From contig NC_043022.1 in assembly GCF_006345805.1 (NCBI RefSeq), forward strand, positions 16,740,001-16,804,000: 64,000 nt of DNA, in the 5' to 3' direction. Position 1 is the stretch's first letter, and every line of letters begins with the position of its first letter. Below the pieces are notes generated by a model. It searched no databases. It saw only the letters and a program-made list of their open reading frames with translations, and was not told the origin of the DNA. The position numbers and the translations under genes are program-made. Shown here one piece after another: positions 1 to 12,138 of this stretch. Source of the stretch: Octopus sinensis (taxonomy: Eukaryota).

Positions 1-175
1 GCTCCAGTCCATTCAGCTGGTAAAAATGAGTTGTACCAGTAATTCAATGGGGCCAGCCTTGTCACATTCTGTGTCATGCTGAATCACCCTGGGAACTACA
101 TTAAGGGTACGTGTGTGTGTGGAGTACTCAGCCACATGCACAAGCATTTCATGAGCTGGCTGTTCTGGTGATTGA
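1..175 (+). mobile_element. SINE family D body (head outside window)
   Basis: Colinear with the tRNA-headed copy at 14131-14450 (cagctgg..gtacc..ccttgtcaca..gaatc..ttaagggtac..ggagtactcagccac..ggctgttc). Confidence 0.6.
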
Positions 176-759
176 ACATTCTTCATCATAACTGATGGAG
201 ATTCAGGCCTGGTTTGTGATTCTGTGCTGAAACTGAAGTCATTCCATCATTAAAAAAAAACCCATTTAATTACACATGAAGTCGTTAAATTTAATTTAAA
301 TTTATTTCAAAAGCTGTCAATATTTTCATTACACATTTACAACCCAGTCATTGATGCCATTCCACTGCGATCGTATCAAGGACGGATCATAATTGTGACA
401 TCAGGACAGTAAAGTGGAACCATTTTGATGATCAGGTCACAGCTGTGTCACAAAACTGCTGAGGCTTCATGAAAGGAATTTAAATTTAAAGAGAAGTCAA
501 CAGGTTTTCTGTGTCATTAAATGATTTAGACTCACTGTTTATTTTGATTTGTAGTTTGAAGTTATTAGAAAAATAATTTATTCTATGATTACTTCATGGT
601 TGATGGTTGAAGCCCACCACCACACTTATGGTCTTGAGGTCAGTGGTTCTCAACATGGGTCTGTATCACCCCTGGGGGTCCATTTAAGATTTTTTTGTTA
701 AAATTTAGCTCCAGTAGATTCGTTATATTTGTACTATACACAAATTTTACTTGGTGAAC

Positions 760-1120
760 TTTCCACTGGAAGAAGACTCTGTGGCCATCCCCTCTGTTGA
801 TATAAGGGTCAGCTGAAGCAAAGCCTAAAACTGACTGGAATCGATCCCAAAGCTTAGGATATTGGAGCTCAGGACTGGCCCGGCTGGCATCATTCCATCT
901 TTCTCTGTGGCAAATCCTTTTGAAGCGGAACAACAGAGGAAAGAGGAAGAGAAATGACAAGGAAGAAAACGGAGGCTGCAACAACCAGAGCCCCCACCAT
1001 GGGTCCCTTGTGACAGACATTTCCATGCAAGAGTCATTAGTCATCAGAGGCATAAACACAGACAGAGGGGAAGAAGTGGTCAAGAAGAAACCAAGTAAAT
1101 CTTCGGACATACGATAAAAC
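760..1120 (+). mobile_element. Degenerate 3' end of an RTE-clade LINE ORF2
   Basis: Reads YKGQLKQSLKLTGIDPKA*DIGAQDWPGWHHSI, then after frameshifts PCDRHFHARVISHQRHKH. Resembles the RTE/BovB ORF2 C-terminus as I recall it. Confidence 0.7.
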
Positions 1121-1175
1121 GTCTGATGATGACACAAAATAGTTTAACAATTTTTTCATACAATTGCTTCTAATA

Positions 1176-1570
1176 TCTTTATATATAAAAGTGAGGTTGT
1201 ATGCTGTCTGTCTCCTACGATTTAGATTCCTAACTACTCCCACATTTTGCAGTGCAGTTTAACCAAAACCGGGTATCTTATAGTCGTGATTCATATCGAG
1301 CCCTTCTGGATATTAGCGCGCGTCTATGATGAGTCTACGATTTTAAAAAAAATTTACCATCAATTTTTCCCATTTTTAATGCATTTTTGGTATATGTAAG
1401 GGAAGTAACTCTCTAAAAATTTATTATTAAATCTCAGAACGTAAAAAGCTACAGTAACACCCCCCTTTGTGGTTAGCCATATTGAGATGGCTATTATACT
1501 TTACATCTCTAAAAATGCTTATATAGTTATTTCCCTTACAAACCCGAGCAACGCCGGGCGATACTGCCAG
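1176..1570 (+). mobile_element. Non-autonomous Helitron, copy 1
   Basis: A|TC 5' end, subterminal hairpin CCCGAGCAACGCCGGG, ends CCAG|T (CTAG variant). Near-identical to 24824-25123. Confidence 0.8.
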
Positions 1571-2274
1571 TTTCTTAATAAAATTATAATAGGATTTTTT
1601 TTAAACATCAAAGGGGTAGGAGGGTCCAGTTCAGTAAAATAGGAATCAAAAGAGGTCCATGAGTTAAAATTTGGTTGAGAACCATTGATCTAGGTCCCAG
1701 TGGAATCCCCACCTCTCTCTTCTTTTAGGGTCTAGTGTGGTCTAAGTGTAGACTGCTTCAGTTGTTGGAGCAAACCAGAATCACAGATATCAATCACCAC
1801 TGTCATTCAAACAGGGAGTCATGCAATCTGCTAGAAGTAGCAACCAAATCTCCCACTGGGAATGTGTTGTACCCCATTGCTATTATTTACATTATTTACA
1901 TTTGACGGATATTTGTCATCTTGTTTGTTGTTAACACAACATTATTGCTGATATACCCTCCAGCCTTCTACGAACCCCAAGATTCCGAGTTCGATTCCAA
2001 GCAGTGACCTGAATAATAATGATAATGATAATAATAATAACAACATGGAAAAATACCTTAGGAATGAGAACCCAGGTTCGAAATTTCCCCAAGACACCTG
2101 ATGAAGGCTGGACGGTATATCAGCTGAAACGTTGTGTTAACAACAAACAAGATGAGAACAAATATCCGTCAAATGTAAATAATGTACGTAATTCCTCATC
2201 TCTTTAATATAGAACCCATTGCTATGTGTCGTAAATGTGTGCGTGTGATTTAATATATATGTGAAGGTATGCCA

Positions 2275-2475
2275 TCATCATCATCCTCATCATTTAATGG
2301 TTTTTCCATACTGGCATGGGTTGGATGATTCGACAGGAGCTGGCAAGCCAGAGGGCTGCACCACACTCCACTTACCTGTTTAGGCATGGTTTCTACAGCT
2401 AGATGCCCTTCCTAACACAAACCACTCTACAGAGTGTACTGGGTGCTTTTTATGTAGCACCAACACCACTGCTCT
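2275..2475 (-). mobile_element. SINE family C fragment with (ATG)n tail
   Basis: catcatc..tttccatactggcatgggttgga..atgcccttccta..tttttatgtagcacc. Related copies near 5960, 6705, 29925, 32240, 35371, 37060, 39410, 45598, 49300, 63600. Confidence 0.7.
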
Positions 2476-3046
2476 TTAATACCAGTGTGTGTGTGTGTGT
2501 GTGTGTGTACAATAAAGCAGTTAGTGATTTTGTTGTAAAATTCATAGACACCCGTTCACTGTATAAATGTGATTTTTTTTTTCCTTGTTTTGTTTCTTTA
2601 ACTGAACTGACACCATTTCTGTTGAAGATTCCAAACATCTTCTTGAAGTAGGGAAGTGAGATAAAAGTCAGAGCCCAGAAGGGTACACCATTGCATCTTG
2701 CACTGAAGCTGAATGTGGAAGCAATTTCCTCATTGTTTCTCTTCTCCATCATCTTGATGTTGTCTTTAATGTCATCCATGTACATTTTCTTTTCTTTTTA
2801 TTCATTTCGTTTCTTTTTCATCCATTTCTCTTTTGTCATTTCACAAATATCACAGTTGTTTTCCTGTTGCTTCACATTTTTCAATTTGATTTCTCTTTCT
2901 CTTCGTTGACTCACCTAAAGCTAAAAAACAAACAAATAAATATAGTATTGAACCACTAATTAGGGTAGGGCTTCAGGGGTTCAAATTTGTTTCAGGGTCA
3001 CAACATAAAGCTGAATGTGGATCAGCTCCCCTCAATATAAAAAAGG

Positions 3047-3305
3047 GTTAGTTAGTTAGTTAGTTAATTTTTTTGGCTCAAAAAGCAAAAAGCAAGGCCA
3101 TGTAGGGGGACATGGAGTTATGTACAGGGTGGTGTTCATGTAAAGAGTTCAGGCCACTTGTGGTCAAGGGAGACTTTGAACCGAGCAGTCATCGGCATCT
3201 TCACCATCTCGTCCGGCAGCTTATTCCACGGATCTGCAACCTGGACTGAGAAAGCCCCTCTCCTTCGATTGAGATGAAATCGTCGCAGATAGAGCTTGTG
3301 GGAAC
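3047..3305 (-). mobile_element. CR1-clade LINE 3' fragment
   Basis: Minus strand reads SHKLYLRRFHLNRRRGAFSVQVADPWNKLPDEMVKMPMTARFKVSLDHKWPELFT*, a CR1-like ORF2 end with WNxLP motif, followed by a 3' UTR and (CTAA)n tail. Confidence 0.8.
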
Positions 3306-3526
3306 TTTCTGCAACTGATAAGCTGTTAGATACATATACATATTTAACAATGTGTATATGTATCTACTTCTCTTGCGATGTGATAAACATTTAAAAACAC
3401 AAAACGAACGCCATCACTACTCACTCTCTCTTTCTCTCTGTCCTCCTCTCTCCTTTTGCCACTTCTTTGAAGTGTGACACACACATCAGGTATGTACAAA
3501 AGCAAAAAGTTAGTGTATTAATATTA

Positions 3527-3745
3527 TTGATAACAATCCTTCCCACTATAGGCACAAGGCCTGCATTTTTGTGGGGAGGGGGACAGTTTATCACATCGAT
3601 CCCAGTACTTGACTGGTACTTAATTTATCAACCTGAAAGGATGAAAGGCAAAGTTGATCTCAGCAGAATTTGAACTTAGAACATAGCGACAGACAAAATA
3701 CCACTAAGCATTTCGCCTGGCATACTAACAAATCTACCAGCTCAC
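3527..3745 (-). mobile_element. tRNA-derived SINE family A
   Basis: Reverse complement of the head/B-box (gagttcaaattc)/ctttgcctttcatcctttc/ggccttgtgcc body seen in many + copies. Confidence 0.75.
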
Positions 3746-3752
3746 TGTCTTA

Positions 3753-3805
<53 letters not shown>

Positions 3806-4199
3806 TAATAATTAATGGTAAGAGTTTTAGCTATGCTTTCAAAAATGATAGCAATTTCTTTCCTATTTTTTTTTTTTATTTTTGACTAAATTTTTATTAA
3901 TAGTTATGAAACTTGAGGTTTTCCAGGATATTTTTATTTTAGCATTTTTTTCATTTGTTTTTTTTTCATTTTTTTTTTTTTTGATCTGATCTGTTTAATC
4001 TGCTCTTTGTTTGTTTTTATGGTTGGAAAATATTCAAGTTAATGAAACAGATGAAATACAATAATTTTTAATCTTTTTATTTTTAGACATACATTAATTT
4101 ATTTAAAGATTCTGCTTGCAAAAAGAAAAAAAAAATTGATCTTCTCTGAGACACTTGTGCTCAACTAATAGTTTCCCATCAACAACAAACCTAGAAACT

Positions 4200-4727
4200 C
4201 ACAGATCAGATGAGGTCAGCTTTGGCTTTCATCATTCTCAGTTTAGACTAGGTTCAATATAACTGACTTCCTCATCTCCCCAAAACTCTGAGGTAAAGAT
4301 GACTATTATTATTCTTACAGCATTGAGCAGGCAGAACCGTAAGCATGTCAGAGAAGATGCTGAGCATCATTTCAACTGTTTTTTAGGCTTCTGAGTTCAG
4401 ATACCCCTGAGGTTAACTTTGTCTTGCATCCTTTTGGAACTGAGGCAGCCAACTAGCCTCGTCTCTCAAAATTTCAGGCCTTGTGCACTTCTGGCAGAAA
4501 GGATTTTTATTACTATAAAGGCAATGAACTGGCAGCAGTCATAGCATGCTGGGTGTAATGCCTAGTGGTATTTTGTCCGTCTTACAGGTTCTGAGTTCAA
4601 ATACTGCCAAAGTCAACTTTGCCTTTCAGGATCAATAAATTAAGTACCTGTAAAACGCTGCAATCAATGTAATCGAATAGTCTCCTCCCCCAAAATTTCA
4701 GGTCTTTTACCTTTAGTAAAAAGGATT

Positions 4728-4762
<35 letters not shown>

Positions 4763-4990
4763 TATAATTATTATTAAGGCAGTGAGTTGACAAAATTGTT
4801 ACCAGGCAGAGCAAAAATGCTTCGACAGATGAAATGCCATTTTTAGTTTCAGTTCAAATTCCACCAAGGTTGACTTTGCCTCTCATCCTTTCAGACTCGA
4901 TAAAATAAGTACCCGTTTAGCATTGAGGCCAATGGAATTGACTTTCCTCCGCCCTCAAACTTGCTGGCCTTGTGCCAAAATTTGAAATTA
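4200..4990 (+). mobile_element. Cluster of about 4 degenerate family A SINEs
   Basis: Repeated ggcagaa..agca..gagttca..tttgcctttca..ggccttgtgc units with (TTA)n tails. Confidence 0.7.
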
Positions 4991-5139
4991 TTATTATCAT
5001 CATTATTATCTTTTTTTTTACATCTTTCAAATTTGCTTCCATTTCTTGCCGAGTGTCTTCCCGACTCCTAGGGCAAAGAAATTCATAGTATACATTGGTA
5101 GGCCATAAAACTAAACTCACTAGTTCGTTCCTTTTTTTA

Positions 5140-5198
<59 letters not shown>

Positions 5199-8100
5199 GT
5201 TGTTGTTGTTATCATTATCATCAAAAGATAGACAGATGTATAGATAGAAAGATAGATAAGGTAGATAGATGTATATATACACATTCAACCCCTGAACAGT
5301 TATTGAAACACAAAGTTGACGCAGGGGTCAGTGGTGGAAGTGGAATAGTTGAACATTCAATTTCCTAATAAATGCAGTTTTATATTGCATCTTCACCTGA
5401 CTTGCAGCAGCCGTCCTGCTGTTGTTTTATTCTGGGAAGGGATTCAGGCGTGAGAGGAAAATATTAAAATCCAGAGAAAAGAATCGAGACATTTGAAATG
5501 GCAAATCTTAGCAACCGTTTGCTGGTGGTGGTGGGGGGGGGGGGTAGGGAGTTGGAATTGTTATATCTTCATCAAAATTTTGTCTGAACAAAAACAAAAA
5601 GCCTGGGCCTGTCCCTTTACCTGCTTTCCTTCAGGTGTTTGTGTCAAGTCCCTCTCACAAGTGGAATTTCCATTATTGAAAAATAAAAATAAAAATAAAA
5701 AAAAGAATAAGAAGAAAATGTGTTTCCAAATATTGAACAATTATTGCTAAAAGTCGGGTGTTGTCAAGTGTTCTTCTTCTAAGTTTAACATAGAAATGAT
5801 TCTCGTGAATAAGTCTTCAGACATCTCTGTCAAAAAGAAATTAATTTTAGAAGCAAGAGAAAAATGGTAAAATTTACAGCACAGTTTACTGCCATTAGCT
5901 TTCTGCTGTTGTGTGGCTCCAGGTTAGCTTTGATTAGAATTAGTTCAGACATCATTCACCATCATCATCATCATCATCATCATCATTGTTCATTCATTCA
6001 TTTGTTCATTTGTTTTACATCCACTTGCCATGCTGGTTTGGGTCAGACAGTTTGAGAGGATTCAATAGCTTGGAGGATCGTGTCTTCCTTTCATGCATCT
6101 TTTTTGGCATACTTCCTGCTGCAGTTGGACAGCCTCTCTAACACCAACTGCTTTTGCAGAGTGCACTGGATGCATCTTCCATGACACCAGCACTATAGAA
6201 GTTACCTTGTCACCAGCAACACTAAAACAGCCTCTCAAGTTCCAAATTGTCAGTGTTTAGATCAATTCCCAAATACTTATGGTGCTGGGTGCTTTTTGTA
6301 GCAGCAGCTGCAGTGTTTGGGATTGTTTCATAGTTTGCAAAGCAAAAGAGAGCATCCTGTGATGGAAAAAGACAAAAGAAGAAAATCTGAAGTGGACTTG
6401 GCTTCTGTAACATATCCTTGTGTTGTTTAGACATTTTCCTTGCAACCAAGTAATTTCTGGTTCAATCTCACTGCACAGTACCTTGGATAAGTGTCTTCAT
6501 CTATAACCTTGTATTGACTTATACTTTGTGAGTAAGATTGCTAGACAAAGATATACGCCAGCCCTTAGGTACATATGTAGACAGACATGTGTGGTGGGGC
6601 ATCAGTGTCCCCGTCTATGATAAAATTTACCCTAGAAAAAATAGCACTGTTGCTTATGACTTTCAGCTTAGATGTTCAGCAAATAAATACCAATAAAACA
6701 AATCATCATCATCATCATCATCATTTAACATCTGCTTTCCATGCTGGCATGGGTTGGACAGTTTGACAAGAGCTGAAGAGCTGCACCAGGCCCCAGTTGC
6801 CTGTTTCGGGGCATGGTTTTTACGGCTGGATGCTCTTCGTAACATCAACCACTTCGAAGAGTTTTCTGAGAAGCAAACTGCTTACCACACAGCTACTTCT
6901 TGTGTTAAACAACATTATTGATAAGAAAAAACCCTGTTGTTGGTTTTGCCAATTAAAGCTGATAAAACATTGCTGGCTACTTGAGGTCGTTAAGGATTAA
7001 TTAAAACTATAGAACATGACTAATTACATTTCACATTCTGCTGCTAGACAAGGACTTAGATGAGTGCATGTGTGTAGACCGGTATTTTGGTACCTTTTAG
7101 CTGTAAAATCTGTTAAAAGCTTTATTTGAAATATCCTTTGACATGACACTACGCAGCAGACACAGGACTAATAGCATTAAGCTTAATGACAATTGCACAA
7201 TTTATTTGAAATCAAATTACAACTTTTTAGTTCAATCACTTTAACAAAATTGATGTACCTGATCCAGAGATAACAGTTTTGTGAAGTCTGAAAGGTAGCA
7301 ACAGTTCTTTGATGTTTCATTTAATAATAACAATAATAGTAATAATAATAATAATAATAATAGTTTCACCTTTATCATCTTTGTTATCAATAGTGGTTTC
7401 ATCATTATCATCAGCATCAACATCATCATTATCATCACCACCTCCAACACCACTAACATTTTAAAGAGTGTTTATTAACTTCTGTAACTCAAGTGAATAT
7501 CATAGAAAAAAAATATCTTGTTTTCTCTCCTGTCCTCTCTCTCTCTCTCTCCCTTGCCCTCTCTGTCATATCTCTCCTCTTTCTTTCTCATTGTCATTCT
7601 CTTATCAGATGCTATAATCATGTGGTTTGTTTAAAATCTGCTGCCTCTATTCATATTTAACCTCACAGCCATCCCCCACTGTAGAACCTATGTCCACTCA
7701 ATATCATTTTCGCTGGACGTTAACAGAACACGAGACCTTCCCTACTTGTCGTATGTCAGAGTCTGTCTATATTTACTTTCCATAAAAGAAAAAAATTAAA
7801 AAATCCATTTGACTTCTGCTATGAAGTATTCCAGTAAACCCTGTTCTATAAACGCTGTCTTAGTGACACAGATTTCACCATTCTACATTGAAAGTACTTT
7901 CATCAGAGTCTTCGGTTTTTACGTAAATGGAACTAGTACCGACATCAAAACAAGGAGCAGATTTCTCAAACGAGACTTGACAGGAATCCATTTCAAAAAT
8001 TCTAACATCAAAAAAGACTGCCTGTGTTTAGAGACTGCCAAGAAATTCATCTCACCTAATCTATCAAAGAAATATATCTGATGCTTAGTACAGTCTTTTA

Positions 8101-8807
8101 ATTTAGAGCGGTCTGCGAGAGAATTGATAATATGGTTATCCTGTTGGGAGAGCATCTCTCTCTCAATTCTAATTTGCCAAGAGCTTATCTTGTCTTCATC
8201 TGTGGTTCTCACAACCATTTTCATTATCCATTTTTGTTAATAATAATAATAATAATAATAATGATGATGATGATGATGATGATGATGATATAAAATAATA
8301 ATAATAATATAAAATGATAATAATGTAAAAAATAATAATAAAATCAGGAATATGATTGACCAAGCTTCCTTTTCAATGGGGAAAAAGCTGTGAAGAGAGA
8401 AAAGGAGGGAAAATGCAAAAAGGTTTTTAGATGCCCCACCTCCCACCTGAAAGTATTGGTAATGCAGTTTAATCTGTAATAAGCATGAGGGGAGAGAACG
8501 AAAGAAAGAAGGAAAGAAAGGATGAAGGGCGATTGCAGACAGGTAGAATTTATTTAAAGCTAAAGTACTTATTTGACAGCCATTGTCTTGTAAATTCGAA
8601 GTTTGGTTTGGGTGAGAGGGGGAGGAGGGATTCTGCCAAAGACTTGCATCTGTTTCTTGACAATCAGGAAGTGTCCAAGAGCCCCAGAGAGGCAAGAGAC
8701 AAGAGATGGTTATTTCTAAATAAATGCGAGTTTAGGTTTGTCTTTCATTCTTGGACTGCCACAGGAAGTGATGAAATCGGGGGGGGGGAGAACACTCAGT
8801 TATAGTA

Positions 8808-9127
8808 CAATGTTAGAGTACTCATACAGTATTAGAGTACACATACTATTAGATTGTGTGTACAATGATGGGGTAAATATATGCATTAGAGTACACATGC
8901 AGTTTGATAGTACACCTACAATGCTAGAGTACACATTCAATATTAAAGTGCAATTGCAATAATAAAGTACATTTCCTATATTAGAGTACACATACAATAC
9001 TAGAGTTCATATACAATATTAAAGTGAAATTACAATAATAGAGCCCATGTACAATACCAGAGTACACATTCAATATTATGGCATACTTACAACACTAGAG
9101 TACACATATGATATTAGAGTACACGTC
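8808..9127. repeat. Degenerate 19-bp minisatellite, about 17 units, consensus CAATATTAGAGTACACATA
   Basis: Eleven consecutive units of exactly 19 bp run from 8919 to 9127, with looser units upstream. Confidence 0.85.
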
Positions 9128-9759
9128 CACGGACACCATCAGGTGTTAAAGATATTGTAACATTGAGTCTAACTTCAGATTGGAGGTTTGGTCTTCCCAA
9201 ATTCTTTTATGGAGGTTTCACTTTATAGAATATAGATATGGTAATTAGATGTTTCGTAGAGTGTCTGTATTTTCAGATTTTTGTTATAAATTGATTGTCT
9301 ACACCAACACACACACACACACACACAGGTCCCTGTATATGTGTATATGCTTTCTCACAAATAGTCATTTCCAAACTTTACACTCATTCCCATGTCGACA
9401 CAGTCTCTCTCTCTGTCTCTCTTTTTCACACACACACTCACACACACACACATGCACAGTATCTCACACACACACACACACACACATAGACACAAAGTAC
9501 CTGGAGGCTAAACGAAAATTTCCCTTTCCAATAAGTAATTGCTAGTTATAGATGTTAGATCGAAATTACTGAAGTTTAACTATAATTATGTTTACTTATT
9601 TTCTTTCTAAATTGGAAAGTTTACCAATTTTAACCAGAAAAATTCTACCTACGACTAAAGAAAGAGAAAAGGAGAAATATTGGATGTTAGTTATTGAAAA
9701 GTAAATGCATTCAACCCCCCCCCACCAACACCTTAGTATGTTTATTGTGGTTACCTTTT

Positions 9760-10100
9760 ACATTTTACTTGTTTCAGTCATTTGATTGCGGCCATGCTGG
9801 AGTACCGGTTTGAATTGATCTTGGGTTTTTAAAGCCTGGTACTTATTCTATCTGTCCCTTTTGTTGAGCCGTTAAATTACAGGGACATAAACAAACTGAC
9901 ACCAGTTGTGAAACAATGGGGAGGCACATACATACACTACAGACTTCTTTCAATTTCTATCTACCGAACCCACTCACAAGGCTTTGGTCAGCTCGGGGCT
10001 ATAGTAGGGGACACTTCCCCAAGGTGCCATGCAGTGGAACTGAACCCACAACCATGTGTTTGGGAAACAAAATTCTTACCACACAGCCACACCTGTGCCT
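9760..10100 (-). mobile_element. tRNA-derived SINE family B
   Basis: Reverse complement of ggctgtgtggtaag..ggttcagttccactgcatggcaccttggg..aagccttgtgagtgg..ccagcatggccgca..gactgaaacaagtaaaa. Confidence 0.8.
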
Positions 10101-10399
10101 GGATGTTGCTGCTTGTATATTTAATATCAGTGAAAGTATCAACTTCCAGAGAAGAATGTGAACGGTTGAATCTTTTGAAGAAATCACAGAGAAATTATAA
10201 AACTGAAAGCCATCAGTCTTAATGAGATCCCTATTATTGTCCTGCCCCATTTTAGTTCTTAATTGTATTGTTGCTTTTTTTTGTATATCAAAACTCCGCC
10301 AAATACCCATTAGCAAATGGAATCAAATTATTTATATTTTTAAAATGTATTTTTATTCACAATTCACCTGCTGCTCTCAGAAGTGAGGCAGGATTTAGA

Positions 10400-11257
10400 C
10401 GTTAATATAAGAACTCTTCGTTAATATAAGAATTCTTCGTTAATATAAAAATTCTTCATTAATATAAGAAATCTTCGTTAATTTAAGAATTCTTCGTTAA
10501 TTTAAGAATTCTTCGTTAACATAAGAATTCTTCGTTAATATAAGAATTCTTCTTTAATATAAGAATTCTTCGTTAATATAAGAATTCTTCGTTAACATAA
10601 GAATTCTTCGTTAATATAAGAATTCTTCTTTAATATAAGAATTCTTCTTTAATATAAGAATTCTTCTTTAATATAAAAATTCTTCATTAATATAAGAATT
10701 CTTCGTTAATATAAGAATTCTTCGTTAACATAAGAATTCTTCGTTAACATAAGAATTCTTCGTTAATATAAGAATTCTTCGTTAACATAAGAATTCTTCA
10801 TTAATATAAGAATTCTTCGTTAATATAAGAATTCTTCTTTAATATAAGAATTCTTCTTTAATATAAGAATTCTTCTTTAATATAAGAATTCTTCGTTAAT
10901 ATAAGAATTCTTCTTTAATATAAGAATTCTTCGTTTATATAAGAATTCTTCGTTAATATAAGAATTCTTCGTTTATATAAGAATTCTTCGTTAACATAAG
11001 AATTCTTCGTTAATATAAGAATTCTTCGTTAACATAAGAATTCTTCGTTAATATAAGAATTCTTCGTTAATATAAGAATTCTTTGTTAATTTAAGAATTC
11101 TTTGTTAACATAAGAATTCTTCGTTAACATAAGAATTCTTCGTTAACATAAGAATTCTTCGTTAATATAAGAATTCTTCGTTAATATAAGAATTCTTCGT
11201 TAATATAAGAGTTCTTCGTTTATATAAGAATTCTTCGTTAACATAAGAATTCTTCGT
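10400..11257. repeat. Homogeneous 19-bp minisatellite, about 45 units, consensus CGTTAATATAAGAATTCTT
   Basis: 858 bp / 19 = about 45 head-to-tail units with no spacers. Variants include cgttaacata, ctttaatata, cattaatata, cgtttatata. Confidence 0.97.
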
Positions 11258-11475
11258 AGGGTGGAGAGCTGGCAGACTTATTTGGGTGCCAGGCAAAATG
11301 CTTGGCAGCATTTCCTCTATCCTTTTGTTCTCGGTTCAAATTCTGCTGAGGTCAGCTTTGTCTTTTATTCCTTTGGGGTCGATGAAAAAAAACTACCAGT
11401 TGAACCTTGGTGTTGATGTAATCAACTTACCCCGACACCGCTAAAATTGCTGGCTTTGTGCCATAATTCGAAAGC
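11258..11475 (+). mobile_element. SINE family A abutting the minisatellite
   Basis: gagagctggcagac..ggcaaaatgcttggc..ggttcaaattctgctgaggtcagctttg..ggctttgtgccataattcgaaa. Another copy at about 11910-12140. Confidence 0.75.
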
Positions 11476-12105
11476 TATATAGTATTTTTTCTACTTTTTA
11501 TAGTTCCATATTTCTTTAACCATTTCCTAAATTATAGGATTTTTCTTATCTTCACTCAACTGGCAGAAGCAAGTTGTACCTGTATTTCCAGGGGCCCAGC
11601 CTTGTCACATAAGGCCTGAAATTTTGAGGGAAATTTTGAGTGTTCGATTCCCAAACTGGACACTATGCTGCATCGTTGAGCCAGGCATTTCATGTGACTC
11701 CCGTCCATTCAGCTGAAAATAAGGGCCAATAGAAACTAAGGATCAACTGAGTGATGGACTGGCATCATCGTTCAGTGGGGAAGTTCTTGGACACTAAGTT
11801 ATCAAAACACCTCAGAAACTGGCCCAATGCATCTGAAGGTTCAAGACAGATTCTAACCTGGTTTTTTTTAATGATTATTATTGTTATTACTATTATCATT
11901 ATTGAGAAGACGAGATGGCAGACTCGTTAAACATGCTGAGTAAAATACCAAGTGGTATTTCATCTGTCTTTACATTCTGAGTTCAAATTCTGCCAAGGCT
12001 GGCTTTGCCTTTCATCCTTTCGGGGTCAGTAAATTAACTACCAGCGAAACACTGGGCTTCCCCCCACCCACCCAAATATCAGCCCTTGTGCCTATAATAG
12101 AAAAG

Positions 12106-12138
<33 letters not shown>

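Larger units (their letters stand above)
641..1687. mobile_element. hAT/Charlie-type MITE carrying nested RTE and Helitron insertions
   Basis: TIRs CAGTGGTTCTCAAC (641) and GTTGAGAACCATTG (ends 1687). Degenerate 8-bp flanks cttgaggt/atctaggt. Internal sequence resembles the MITE at 16945-17228. Confidence 0.7.

Noticed and set aside
2765-2790. YMDD as a reverse transcriptase active site
   Set aside because: Flanking residues do not follow RT domain 5-7 spacing; likely coincidence.
5600-5750. Acceptor ttccttcag|GTG followed by HKWN (CG-1 HRWN-like)
   Set aside because: No NTNEEI continuation; it runs into low-complexity K/N codons and a stop.
6940-6990. HCWLLE|gt as the preceding CG-1 exon
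   Set aside because: The expected exon ends like PTFHRRCYWLLQ. Upstream residues do not match and the donor (gtcgtt) is poor. The true exon is probably upstream of the window.
10400-11257. CRISPR-like array
   Set aside because: Units are head-to-tail with no unique spacers, there are no cas genes, and the context is a eukaryotic intron.
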